A DNA stretch of 64,000 bases from a virus. Lineage: Duplodnaviria > Caudoviricetes. The position numbers and the translations under genes were made by a program. The stretch is from the IMG/VR virus record IMGVR_UViG_3300033463_000104, positions 3,819 to 67,818 of that record. The stretch is one strand, 5' to 3'. The first letter of the stretch is position 1. Each line of letters begins with the position of its first letter. The notes beneath the pieces were generated by a model that was given only the letters and a program-made list of their open reading frames with translations, searched no databases and was not told the origin of the DNA. This document shows, in pieces, positions 47,546 through 56,048 of this stretch.

Positions 47546-48276
47546 TTCGTTTTCTTAAGCGTTCCTGTCTCAGGATCGACCACCCATTCGCCCTTCTTGA
47601 AGTCAGAAGGATTGATGTCGGACGATATCATGGCGTCGAACAAGCGGATCCGATTCTTCATCTCATCGATGCTGACCTCGTAATCTTCCCGCTTGAACTT
47701 GAACACAAGGCCGCGCCATGGTGCGAGAGGCGAGTCGGTGTCCTGCGGAATGTCATCGTCCTGGTAGATGTACTTGACTACCCAGATTTCCTCAATCCTC
47801 TGATTGGAGATAAACTGGCCGAGGAGCTGGTCACCATGGTCTTTCCATACGGCAAGCTTCTTCTCTTCGTACGAGGTGGACTCGTCGCCGAAGAACTCGA
47901 TGCTGGTCGAGCCGACGAGCGTCTTGAACTCAAATTCAATCTTCTGGTCCGGCGTGAACGCATCCGGACTTGCGCCTACCGGGCAGTCCGGGGCAACCCA
48001 GAACGGAATCTCCGGAAGATCCTTCGAGTAAACGATCTCGTCGAAGCCGAGATTTGCCCTTGCCCATTCGCAAATATACGGTTCCTGCTGATTACCGATT
48101 TCCATCGGACGGGCCGAAATAGAGTGCGCGAAGCCATGATTCCGCTCCCACCGCTTCTTTCTGATGTAAGACAGGTTCGTTTCGATGATCCCGCCTTTTC
48201 CGCTTGTAATGTCCCCGAGTTCACTGGCCGTGATCATCCCGAGGCGCTTCTGCATCCATGCTTCCTTCCTGCTCAT
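47542..48276 (-). CDS. YqaJ / lambda-exonuclease family recombination nuclease
   Basis: WMQKRLGMITASE; GNQQEP; VGASPDA; EFEFK. Confidence 0.88.
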   Translation of the reverse strand: MSRKEAWMQKRLGMITASELGDITSGKGGIIETNLSYIRKKRWERNHGFAHSISARPMEIGNQQEPYICEWARANLGFDEIVYSKDLPEIPFWVAPDCPVGASPDAFTPDQKIEFEFKTLVGSTSIEFFGDESTSYEEKKLAVWKDHGDQLLGQFISNQRIEEIWVVKYIYQDDDIPQDTDSPLAPWRGLVFKFKREDYEVSIDEMKNRIRLFDAMISSDINPSDFKKGEWVVDPETGTLKKTK

Positions 48277-48277
48277 A

Positions 48278-48442
48278 TCAGCAACCCCCGTATTTGTCGT
48301 AAAACTTCCTGATCATGGCGTCGGCATACTCGTCGGCCAATTCTGCCATGTCTTTTCCTTCTTCGGGTCCTTCCGAAGAAATCAGTCCGGTCAGCGCTGC
48401 GCAGGCAAACCGGATCCATAGTTCTTTTTCTTCAGTAAACAT
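48278..48442 (-). CDS. small hypothetical protein
   Basis: WIRFACAALTG...ADEYADAM pattern. Confidence 0.65.
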   Translation of the reverse strand: MFTEEKELWIRFACAALTGLISSEGPEEGKDMAELADEYADAMIRKFYDKYGGC

Positions 48443-48443
48443 A

Positions 48444-48587
48444 CTACAAAATTTGGTTTTCGTTAACAATTACATACTTTCCGTTATCGAGCAGGACGAG
48501 CCAATCACCGTCCTTCTGCTCGCTCTTCAGAACGCCGCTCTCGATGCGGTTCACGCCGGACCAGTGTACCCGTTCGCCCGCTTTCAT
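48444..48587 (-). CDS. small hypothetical protein missed by the ORF track
   Basis: MKAGERVHWSG...ENQIL, 47 aa, fills the gap exactly. Confidence 0.6.
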   Translation of the reverse strand: MKAGERVHWSGVNRIESGVLKSEQKDGDWLVLLDNGKYVIVNENQIL

Positions 48588-49153
48588 AACGGCAGGTCTC
48601 CAACGTCTGCTCCGGGGACGGGGCGGTACGCGTCGATAATCGCGTCCTTGATTTCTTCCGACACCTCGTAAATCGCCATTACGTCCTCAAGCGTCTTCCC
48701 ATTCTCCTTCATCCATTTCACGCAGCTCTCAACCTTTTCGGCTGTAAGCGGCTTCTTTTTCGCAGTCTTTGCAGGCTCCGATGATGCCGGGATTCGGCTG
48801 ATCCGCAGGCCCCAGGTGGTGCCGCCGTCCTGTACGTCGCGAGTTTCTTCCTTCGTAAGCCTTACAGCGACATTCTCCAGCCGTGCGAGGTAGCCCTCGC
48901 ACTCCGGATAAAGCTTCACGAGCCGCTTCCGGTTCGTAGCGTTGAGGATGAACGGCAGTTGCGTGTATGGATTCGGCGCAAAGTGCGCAATCCATACACC
49001 CTTCTCAGTACGGCCGTTGATCATTTCGCTCTCCTTGTACTCGATACGAGCAATGATAATTCTCTCGATGTCCTTACCTCCAGGCAAGCACTCGATTCCG
49101 CAATGGGTCAGCTTTCCGCCCATGCGATAGTGAATGTTTCTTTGATCCTCCAT
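48584..49153 (-). CDS. hypothetical protein, candidate recombination/annealing factor
   Basis: 189 aa close to the exonuclease; acidic DLPL tail. Confidence 0.6.
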   Translation of the reverse strand: MEDQRNIHYRMGGKLTHCGIECLPGGKDIERIIIARIEYKESEMINGRTEKGVWIAHFAPNPYTQLPFILNATNRKRLVKLYPECEGYLARLENVAVRLTKEETRDVQDGGTTWGLRISRIPASSEPAKTAKKKPLTAEKVESCVKWMKENGKTLEDVMAIYEVSEEIKDAIIDAYRPVPGADVGDLPL

Positions 49154-49203
49154 ACTTTTTAATTTCGCCGCCCGGGGGCGTTTTCGGGCGGCATTTTTTT
49201 CAA

Positions 49204-49728
49204 CTATTTACTATTGGATTCGCCCCTATCGTTATTTGAGTTTTCCGCATCTTCCTTCAAAAATCGGGCCAGTTTTTTGTCAGCCTCGCGGTCGTGCCGT
49301 CTGCGCGCCCTCTTCGGCATGTTGACATAATCTTGCACGCCCCTTTCAAATTCCAGTGCCGCTTTTTCCTCAAACTCGTCTTCCTGCTTCGCCTCTTTTG
49401 CCGCAGCCTTTCCGATGCGTGCGCTGTACTTTTTCAGGGCCTTCTGAATGTCGTCCACAAAGCCCTGGTCCGTCGTCAGCAGCATGCCGACCTCATACAT
49501 GGTCTGACAGAAGCCCTCTATATTCGCGTCGTCCTTGCCGGCGATCAGATACCCGTAAGGATGCTCCGCGGCGGTCCACCTGGACTTCCAGTTTCCGCTC
49601 GCGGTCTCGACCTCGAGCCAAAACCGCCTGAAGCGCCACTTGAACGCCCCATCCCTGCTTTCACCCTTCCTAACCACGCCGTTCCGCAGCCGGAAGTACC
49701 AAAATTTACTGATTTTCGTGAATTTCAT
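49204..49728 (-). CDS. hypothetical protein
   Basis: 174-aa ORF. Confidence 0.7.
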   Translation of the reverse strand: MKFTKISKFWYFRLRNGVVRKGESRDGAFKWRFRRFWLEVETASGNWKSRWTAAEHPYGYLIAGKDDANIEGFCQTMYEVGMLLTTDQGFVDDIQKALKKYSARIGKAAAKEAKQEDEFEEKAALEFERGVQDYVNMPKRARRRHDREADKKLARFLKEDAENSNNDRGESNSK

Positions 49729-49870
49729 GCTTTATCATCTTAAAATTGATAGTCACGTCAAAAATTCTTGGGTCAACCGTCCGTTCGACGGTCATCACAG
49801 CCGTATCTTCGACGACATCGTACCCGATCTGCTTTTTAAGCTTCTTAATAATCGATTCCATGTCACAAAT

Positions 49871-50140
49871 TTACGCAATTCTCTCGACAATCACTCCATT
49901 TTCGTCCTGACGCACGATATACCGCCAAAGAAACTGATCTCCGAGCCTGGTTGCGGCAGTCCTGGCAGCCCCATAATAGCCGTGGTCGAACCTGACGCGT
50001 TGGCCTACGTCCATTCCGCGCATCGTCGGCGCTACGATGCCCCATTTTTTCTTCTTCAGCAACCTGTCCTGGCACGCCGTGAGCCGGCAATACTTACACA
50101 GCCTGTCTTCCGGGCTCACCTTCCATACGCATCCTTTCAT
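49871..50140 (-). CDS. hypothetical Cys-containing protein
   Basis: CKYCRLTAC; 89 aa. Confidence 0.6.
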   Translation of the reverse strand: MKGCVWKVSPEDRLCKYCRLTACQDRLLKKKKWGIVAPTMRGMDVGQRVRFDHGYYGAARTAATRLGDQFLWRYIVRQDENGVIVERIA

Positions 50141-50546
50141 CTGCCAATCTTTTCTTAAAATATCCCCATATCAAGGACTCAGACGGATACATCTTCGGCA
50201 TCCTGATCATCATCCTGACGCAGTCCCGGCCGTGGATCACGCTGCTGTGATCCATACCGAATACATTGCCGACCGCATTTGTCGACCACCCCTTGCCCAG
50301 CAGTTCGTGGATGACGATAAACCGCCCCCAGACCAGATCCCTCCGTCTGCTGCGCTGCCTTATGTCATTACCCGTGACCTCATTCATCGTCCTGATGCAT
50401 AAATCAGCTTCGGCCGGCAGGCCGACGAGATTCGGAATCGGCTTCCATAGATCACTGCCGGCTATGTGCCGGTAAATCTCACACTTCTCTTCCCTGCTCA
50501 GACCGTCCAGGGCCGAGATCACTTTCTTGCATCTTTCGCTTTGCAT
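50094..50546 (-). CDS. DnaA C-terminal-like HTH protein
   Basis: IRQRSRRRDLVWGR...STNAVGNVFGMDHSSVIHG resembles DnaA domain IV. Confidence 0.7.
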   Translation of the reverse strand: MQSERCKKVISALDGLSREEKCEIYRHIAGSDLWKPIPNLVGLPAEADLCIRTMNEVTGNDIRQRSRRRDLVWGRFIVIHELLGKGWSTNAVGNVFGMDHSSVIHGRDCVRMMIRMPKMYPSESLIWGYFKKRLADERMRMEGEPGRQAV

Positions 50547-51463
50547 ATCTTCCATTCTATCATATCCCCAATATCCGCGTGGTCCGGGATCTCGCCAGTC
50601 GGCAAGCCCCACTTTTCCCACCATGGCCACACCTCGCCCTTCTCTTCCCAGGATATCCTCGCATCCATATCCGGGATCAGCACCATGTTCGGCTCGATGC
50701 CGCGCAGGTTAGACTTTCCTCCGGTCGCCAGAAACCTCCGGCCGTAGTAGAGCGTCGCAAGCAGGCAACTTTTCTCGCTCTCAAGGACGAAAGTCTTCTT
50801 CCCATCCTCCGGAATGCACGCCCCGAAGTAGCACCGGCCGGCATATCCGTCTGCAACCCTGTACTGCCGGCCCGGAAAGAAGTTCTTATCCCGATGGCCG
50901 TCGCCCCTGTACGCGATCCGCTTGTCATACAGGATCCGCCCCTGCTGGTCCACATACCAATATACGCAGTTTCCGTGCGAATCTGTCGTTACGTTGTATA
51001 AATTCCAGACCTCGCGTACCTTCTCCTCCGGGAACATCCCACACATCCATCGGAACAGCGGACAACCAGCCAAATCGTATCCTTTCGCACCCCTCAAGAC
51101 CGCCGGATCGACATACCTGACCTCAGGACGCGCCTTCTCCCTGATCTCGCGGTTCCAGACGATAGCCTGGCTCTCCCCGTTGATCATCCGCAGCGCATCC
51201 TTGTAGTCAGCGGCGCCGCCATACTGGATCAGCCACTGCGGAAGGCTCATTCCGGAGCCGCCCTCCTCATAGACGAAGACCCCTCCCCGGGAGATGAAGA
51301 CCTTGATCTTGTCCCGCCGGTATGCATGCCGCTCCCCGTTGAGGTAGTACGGCCCGCAAAGCTTATTCGGACCGTCCTCCTCCAGCTCCATACCCATCAG
51401 CCTCGGCGCATTCTTCAGCGCCGTCAGCGGATCGTACCTCCCTCTGTACATCTCTGCTCCCAT
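50519..51463 (-). CDS. primase-like protein (DUF6371-like / Toprim)
   Basis: YWYVDQQGRI; CYFGAC; FVLESEKS; FLATGG; LIPDMD Toprim-like motifs. Confidence 0.75.
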   Translation of the reverse strand: MGAEMYRGRYDPLTALKNAPRLMGMELEEDGPNKLCGPYYLNGERHAYRRDKIKVFISRGGVFVYEEGGSGMSLPQWLIQYGGAADYKDALRMINGESQAIVWNREIREKARPEVRYVDPAVLRGAKGYDLAGCPLFRWMCGMFPEEKVREVWNLYNVTTDSHGNCVYWYVDQQGRILYDKRIAYRGDGHRDKNFFPGRQYRVADGYAGRCYFGACIPEDGKKTFVLESEKSCLLATLYYGRRFLATGGKSNLRGIEPNMVLIPDMDARISWEEKGEVWPWWEKWGLPTGEIPDHADIGDMIEWKICKAKDARK

Positions 51464-51464
51464 A

Positions 51465-53012
51465 TCAGAACGGTATATTACCCATGTTGTCACCCAGTCC
51501 CATGGCCCCGTGGATATCCGGCGTACGGTCTCCAAAGTCCTCCGCCTCGTCCAGGTCGCCCGTCAGGTCGAGCTCCGCATCCTTGCCGGGAACATATTCT
51601 ACGCCCTGCTTGATGCAGTACCACGTTCCGCTTCCACGGCGGTCCTTCGGGAAGCCCAGGTCATCGAAGATCTTCGACACGCTCTTCGCTGTCTTCGGCA
51701 CCTCGCCGTAGTCCTTGCAGTAACCCTGGTAGATATTCATCCATTCCTTCAGCGACTTCCAGTCCTCACCGCGCTTGCCGGCCTCGTAGCCGAACTCGCG
51801 GATCCAGCGCCTTGCCGAATTGGAATCGGCCTTCATCTCGCTCTTCATCTTCATGACACTCTCTGACATGTCAATTTTGCAGTCGTTGCCGATCAGCGCC
51901 TTGTATCCGTCATACATCCAGTTGAAGATCGCGGCCCGGACATTGTCCTCACGGAGCTTCGCCTCCAGCTGGGGATCCCGCTCCCGCTCCGACACCTTGT
52001 TCGGGCAGTTGATGATCAGGAAACGCCGGAAATAGCCATCGCTGTCGTCCGTCGTCGGCGGAATCTTGTTCGCGCAGCAGAGCATCAACGGCACCTTCGT
52101 CACCTTCGTCATCTCCCGCGAGTAGGGACTGCGACCCGTGAACTCGTTGCCGCTCACGAAAGCCTTGAAATCCCCTCCCGAGAAGTCCTTGTCCGACACA
52201 TCGTCGCAGTAATTCATGATCTTGCCGTTGACCTCTGCCATGTGGTAGTCCATCTGGTGGCTCTTGAAGAGCTGCTCCGGCGTGAACGTGGTGATGCAGT
52301 TCGTCACCGGCTGCCCGTTCTCGTCCTCGTTCTTCAGGACATTCACGATCGCCCGGCAGATCACGCTCTTGCCGTTCTGCCCCTCTCCGACGACGAAGCA
52401 GATGTATTCGAACTTATGCTTCGAGCGGTCAATCAAAAACGCCCCGCAGAACTGCTGGATCGCCGACCGCATGCCGTCGTCCGGCACCGTCTGCATGATC
52501 ACCTTGTCCCACAGGACGCTCTTCGCATCCGGCTTGTACGGGAAATTCAAGATCACGTCCGTACAATATTTGTAGTCATGCTCCTTCGCCCTGCCCGTCT
52601 CCAGGTCCAGGACGCAGTTCGTGAAGCATACGTACCTCCGGTTCGGATTGAACTGGCACCACTTCGTCTGCATCAGCGACTGCCGCACGTACTTCTCAAT
52701 CCGCTCCGCCGAGTCCAGCCGGTATACCAACCCCACGTTGCACTTCCTCATCACCTCCCTGATGATGCCCAGGAACCGCGTCTCGCTCATGAACTCGAAG
52801 AACCGGCCGTTGAACACGTAGGTCGCGCCGATCACGTCCGCCTTGAAAAAGCCGTTCCCCTTGTCATTCTCATCGCCACAGATGTAGCGCCGGAACTGCT
52901 CCGCCATCATAGCCTCGTTGTACTTATTCACGCGAGAGTCCCGCTCCCCAAGGTCCTGGATAGACGGCCCCACGGTCGAAAATAGGTAATCAATGACGAA
53001 TTTGTAGTCCAT
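51465..53012 (-). CDS. D5-like / P4-family primase-helicase (SF3)
   Basis: CFVVGEGQNGKS Walker A; YCDD Walker B; CANKIP; YFRRFLII. Confidence 0.9.
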   Translation of the reverse strand: MDYKFVIDYLFSTVGPSIQDLGERDSRVNKYNEAMMAEQFRRYICGDENDKGNGFFKADVIGATYVFNGRFFEFMSETRFLGIIREVMRKCNVGLVYRLDSAERIEKYVRQSLMQTKWCQFNPNRRYVCFTNCVLDLETGRAKEHDYKYCTDVILNFPYKPDAKSVLWDKVIMQTVPDDGMRSAIQQFCGAFLIDRSKHKFEYICFVVGEGQNGKSVICRAIVNVLKNEDENGQPVTNCITTFTPEQLFKSHQMDYHMAEVNGKIMNYCDDVSDKDFSGGDFKAFVSGNEFTGRSPYSREMTKVTKVPLMLCCANKIPPTTDDSDGYFRRFLIINCPNKVSERERDPQLEAKLREDNVRAAIFNWMYDGYKALIGNDCKIDMSESVMKMKSEMKADSNSARRWIREFGYEAGKRGEDWKSLKEWMNIYQGYCKDYGEVPKTAKSVSKIFDDLGFPKDRRGSGTWYCIKQGVEYVPGKDAELDLTGDLDEAEDFGDRTPDIHGAMGLGDNMGNIPF

Positions 53013-53032
53013 GCGCGGTTTGCATTCAAAAA

Positions 53033-53124
53033 ACCTGCCAAATGGAACGCCCTTCCGAAGAAGGGCTGGCTCGCGTTCCACCTGACAGGTCGACAGTTCT
53101 CTTCCGCAGCGAGCCAAGCTGCTT
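53033..53124 (-). ncRNA. structured leader of the helicase gene with loop-bulge pairing (variant copy)
   Basis: GCAGC[TTGGCTC]GCTGC; long stem ACCTGTCA.GGTGGAACGC / GCGTTCCATT.TGGCAGGT with bulge GAGCCAG and a cUUCGg hairpin. Confidence 0.6.
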
Positions 53125-53132
53125 CAACTATG

Positions 53133-53209
53133 TGACCTGGACGGGAATCGAACCCGCGCCCCCATGCGAACTGGCCGCCGCATGCGATCTGCCACTGATC
53201 TACCAGGTC
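53133..53209 (-). tRNA. tRNA-like cloverleaf with non-canonical 12-nt anticodon loop; no encoded CCA
   Basis: acceptor GACCTGG/CCAGGTC; D arm GATC-AGTGGCA-GATC; stem CATGC/GCATG; T arm GCGGG-TTCGATT-CCCGT. Confidence 0.8.
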
Positions 53210-53396
53210 AAAATCGCCGTCTTTCCGAGCTGTCACCGATGCGGCAAATTGGGCTGCAAATCTTCGGCCGCGACCCTTTCATCCGCGGGCTGTGCGAGTA
53301 TTGATTTCAAAGCCGGAGAAGCACCGGCGCACCGGCCCGCATATTTACCACCTACCCTGGACGGCGTCCTCGGTCGGGACCCCCGCTTATACGCGG

Positions 53397-53654
53397 CTAC
53401 CGGACAACACCGAACACCTCGCGATAGTGCTCCAGCGCCTGCTCCTCCGTAGAAAAAGCCTCCGGCTCCGAGATGGCCACCTTGCTGTCCAGCTGGTACA
53501 TCACCATCGCGGAGTCCAAAATGTCATTGCCGGCCTCGTCGCGGTGCATCCCCGTAGGGACAACCTGGATGCCGCGCACGACGCCAGTCTCCATCTTCTT
53601 CGTGGCCGTATTGAACCAGACCACCTTGTCCAAAATGTCGAATTTCGTTACCAT
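53397..53654 (-). CDS. hypothetical protein
   Basis: TKFDILDKVVWF pattern; 85 aa. Confidence 0.7.
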   Translation of the reverse strand: MVTKFDILDKVVWFNTATKKMETGVVRGIQVVPTGMHRDEAGNDILDSAMVMYQLDSKVAISEPEAFSTEEQALEHYREVFGVVR

Positions 53655-53681
53655 AGCTATGCTTATTTGTTCATACCTTTC

Positions 53682-54113
53682 CTATTTTCCGCTGCTCCCG
53701 TATCCGCCAGCTCCCCTCTCGCTCTCGCTCAGCTCCTCCGCCTCCTCGAAATCGACCCACGGCAGCCGCATGATCACCAGCTGCGCAAACCGCTCGCCGA
53801 CCTCATAGAGCCCGCAATCCATGCTGCCCCTCAGGCCGAACTTCGCCATGACCTCGCCGCGATATCCGCTGTCGATCACGCCGACGGCGTTCGTCAGCAG
53901 CAGGTCCCTGTTCGCGATGCTGCTCCTGGGAAATACAAGCCCGACATACCCCTCCGGGATCTCCACCGCAATGCCGGACCTATAGATATAGACCCTGTGC
54001 CCCGCATCCCATTCCCTCGAGACGGCCACCAGGTCCCAGCCGGCATCACCCTTATGCGCCATCTTCGGCTCCACGGCCTCGGGGCGCAACCTCTTGAATC
54101 TAACTTTTACCAT
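53682..54113 (-). CDS. dut: trimeric dUTPase
   Basis: AGWDL, PRSS, GVIDSGYRGE, RFAQLV, RGAGGYGSSG motifs. Confidence 0.97.
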   Translation of the reverse strand: MVKVRFKRLRPEAVEPKMAHKGDAGWDLVAVSREWDAGHRVYIYRSGIAVEIPEGYVGLVFPRSSIANRDLLLTNAVGVIDSGYRGEVMAKFGLRGSMDCGLYEVGERFAQLVIMRLPWVDFEEAEELSESERGAGGYGSSGK

Positions 54114-54158
54114 AACGTTCCGCAAAACTAACAAAACATTTCCTCTTTCCAAAATTTT

Positions 54159-54890
54159 TCATTTCCACAGACCGCCCCACATGTCCAGCCACATCCTGCA
54201 CAGCACGCCGTGGTCCCTGTAGCTGCTCGCCCCCAGGTGTATGATGTACTCCCCGATGTTCACTCTCTTCCCCTTCAGCCCCCGGCGGTCGCACTCCGCA
54301 AGGAACCATGCGCCGGTATCCCACCACTGCCCGGGACCCGTCGTCAGCGCCCAGCACCACTCCCCGTTGAAATACCTGACGCCGGCCTTCCGGCACCGCT
54401 CCGCCCCGATCCAGCAGAGCATCGGCCAGAGCCGCTCGTACCGCTTCCCGTCCCTCCCTTCGTACCAGTGCCGCTCTCCTACCCAGGCCAGCCCCTCGCG
54501 ACTCCCCTCCTCCGCGAGCCGCACGATGCTCTTCCTGAGCAGCACGTCGCTGTCCAGCAGCAGGAACCCCTTCTCCCCGCGCAGGTCCAGGTTCCGCACC
54601 AGCCAGTCTATGCTCAGCATATGCCGGGCGCTCCCCCAGCGGTTCCACGCCTCCCTCTCGTCCTTGTCCGGCCACTTCGCGAGCTCCTTCTCGAAATCCA
54701 CGAGCTGCCCGCCGCCGTTCTGCAGCACCTCAACCCCGAACCCGTCTTCCGCGACGTACGGCAGCCGGTCCGAATTCTCGAACACGACGACCCTGACCGC
54801 GTCGCCGCACCACTTCCTGATACTGCGCACGAGCGCCCGCGTGAGCTCCGGCGTATTATAATGCACGACTGCCGCTATTACCTGTCCCAT
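54159..54890 (-). CDS. GT-A fold glycosyltransferase-like protein
   Basis: AAVVHYNTPE; VVVFENSD; FLLLDSDVLL (DxD); IIHLGASS. Confidence 0.7.
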   Translation of the reverse strand: MGQVIAAVVHYNTPELTRALVRSIRKWCGDAVRVVVFENSDRLPYVAEDGFGVEVLQNGGGQLVDFEKELAKWPDKDEREAWNRWGSARHMLSIDWLVRNLDLRGEKGFLLLDSDVLLRKSIVRLAEEGSREGLAWVGERHWYEGRDGKRYERLWPMLCWIGAERCRKAGVRYFNGEWCWALTTGPGQWWDTGAWFLAECDRRGLKGKRVNIGEYIIHLGASSYRDHGVLCRMWLDMWGGLWK

Positions 54891-54892
54891 AG

Positions 54893-55351
54893 CTATGCCC
54901 CCCATCTGAATACATACCCCTTCGCGCTCTTCCCCCGGCCGTCCGCAACCCGCCTGGCCTGCGCCGGATCCACGCCGAGCTCGCGGCATGCCGCCTGCAG
55001 GCTCTCGAACTTTCCGACGAAGGCGCCGTCGCGCTGATAGACCCAGCACCTGCGCCCTCCGGCCTTCCTTCCCTTGCGTTCCTCCTTCGTCTCGCTCCAC
55101 GCCAGGTTCTCCACCCGGTCATTCGTCCGGTCCCCATCCAGGTGCACCACGTACGGCCGCATCTCCGCGTTCGCCACGAACGCCCTTGCGACGAGGTAGC
55201 AGACGAGGACCTGCCTGCACCCCTCCTCCTTTCCTGACAAAGTGACATACCTGCCGCGCACCTTCGCAAGTACGCATCCCCGGGACCAGACATTGCCCAG
55301 CTCATCCACTTCGTATTTCCCGCCGAAGCCACGGATCTTCTTTCTTGCCAT
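54893..55351 (-). CDS. divergent NUMOD4-HNH endonuclease
   Basis: GKYEVDELGNV; YLVARAF; VHLDGDRTNDRVENLAW; SAKGYVFRW. Confidence 0.8.
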   Translation of the reverse strand: MARKKIRGFGGKYEVDELGNVWSRGCVLAKVRGRYVTLSGKEEGCRQVLVCYLVARAFVANAEMRPYVVHLDGDRTNDRVENLAWSETKEERKGRKAGGRRCWVYQRDGAFVGKFESLQAACRELGVDPAQARRVADGRGKSAKGYVFRWGA

Positions 55352-55428
55352 GCCCCGACGACCTGCAAAATCCGCGCCACTCCAAAATGACGATATCCAC
55401 AAGTTTTCCACAGTTCGGGAAGCCCAGG

Positions 55429-55678
55429 TGTAGGAAATGTAGGAAACGGTCCTATCTGAATGTATGAAAAAAAGAAGGACGATATGCCTGATTATCAGCT
55501 AAATCGCTTTCTGAAACAGTCCGTCCTTTTGCACTATAAATCACGATTCATAATACGCTGAAACATAAATATTTACGGCAAAATCGTGTATGAAATGAAG
55601 CAAATGAAGCAAAATTTCTATATTAGCTCTGTTATTTTTTCCGCTATTTTATATATATATTAATATTCATTTCCTACA
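55429..55678. repeat. 9-bp tandem and inverted repeats in the AT-rich divergence region
   Basis: TGTAGGAAA x2 (55429-55446), AAATGAAGC x2 (55593-55610), inverted TTTCCTACA (55670-55678). Confidence 0.7.
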
Positions 55679-55947
55679 TTGATGTATATAAATTATTGTT
55701 ATATAAGGAGTTAACAGGTGTAGATAAAAATCGCTAATCATACATTAAGAGGACTTTTTGCACATTTGCTGCACTCAAAAATCGACAATTTGCTGAAAAT
55801 TAATGTGTTACGATGGTCAAGATTTGCACGAAAATTCACGACCGCGCCGGACAACCCAAAATCACTACTCCAAAATATAAGAAAAAAATTTCAGGGTCCC
55901 ACCCCTCTGCGGGCGGCGCAAATGGGATAAAACCCCCGCCACCCTTC

Positions 55948-56048
55948 TAAGTCTTTGATTTTCAGCGCATTAAGCACAGTGCCGACCGTAACTTTGCGTA
56001 ATTTAGAATTTTTATAAATTAGCAAAAATCGGTCGTAACTCGTTGATA
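55948..56048. promoter_or_regulatory. two IHF-consensus sites (YAAnnnnTTGATW)
   Basis: TAAGTCTTTGATT at 55948-55960 and TAACTCGTTGATA at 56036-56048. Confidence 0.5.

Noticed and set aside
49167-49200. Plus-strand terminator (GCCGCCCG/CGGGCGGC then T run), and a similar hairpin at 3908-3931
   Set aside because: Both lie between minus-strand genes. The T runs are explained by A-rich minus-strand context, so these are more likely mRNA-stabilising or processing hairpins than evidence of antisense genes.
53042-53452. ORFs 52928-53236 (minus) and 53042-53452 (plus) across the tRNA-like region
   Set aside because: No protein-like motifs; the region is better explained by the tRNA cloverleaf and RNA structures.
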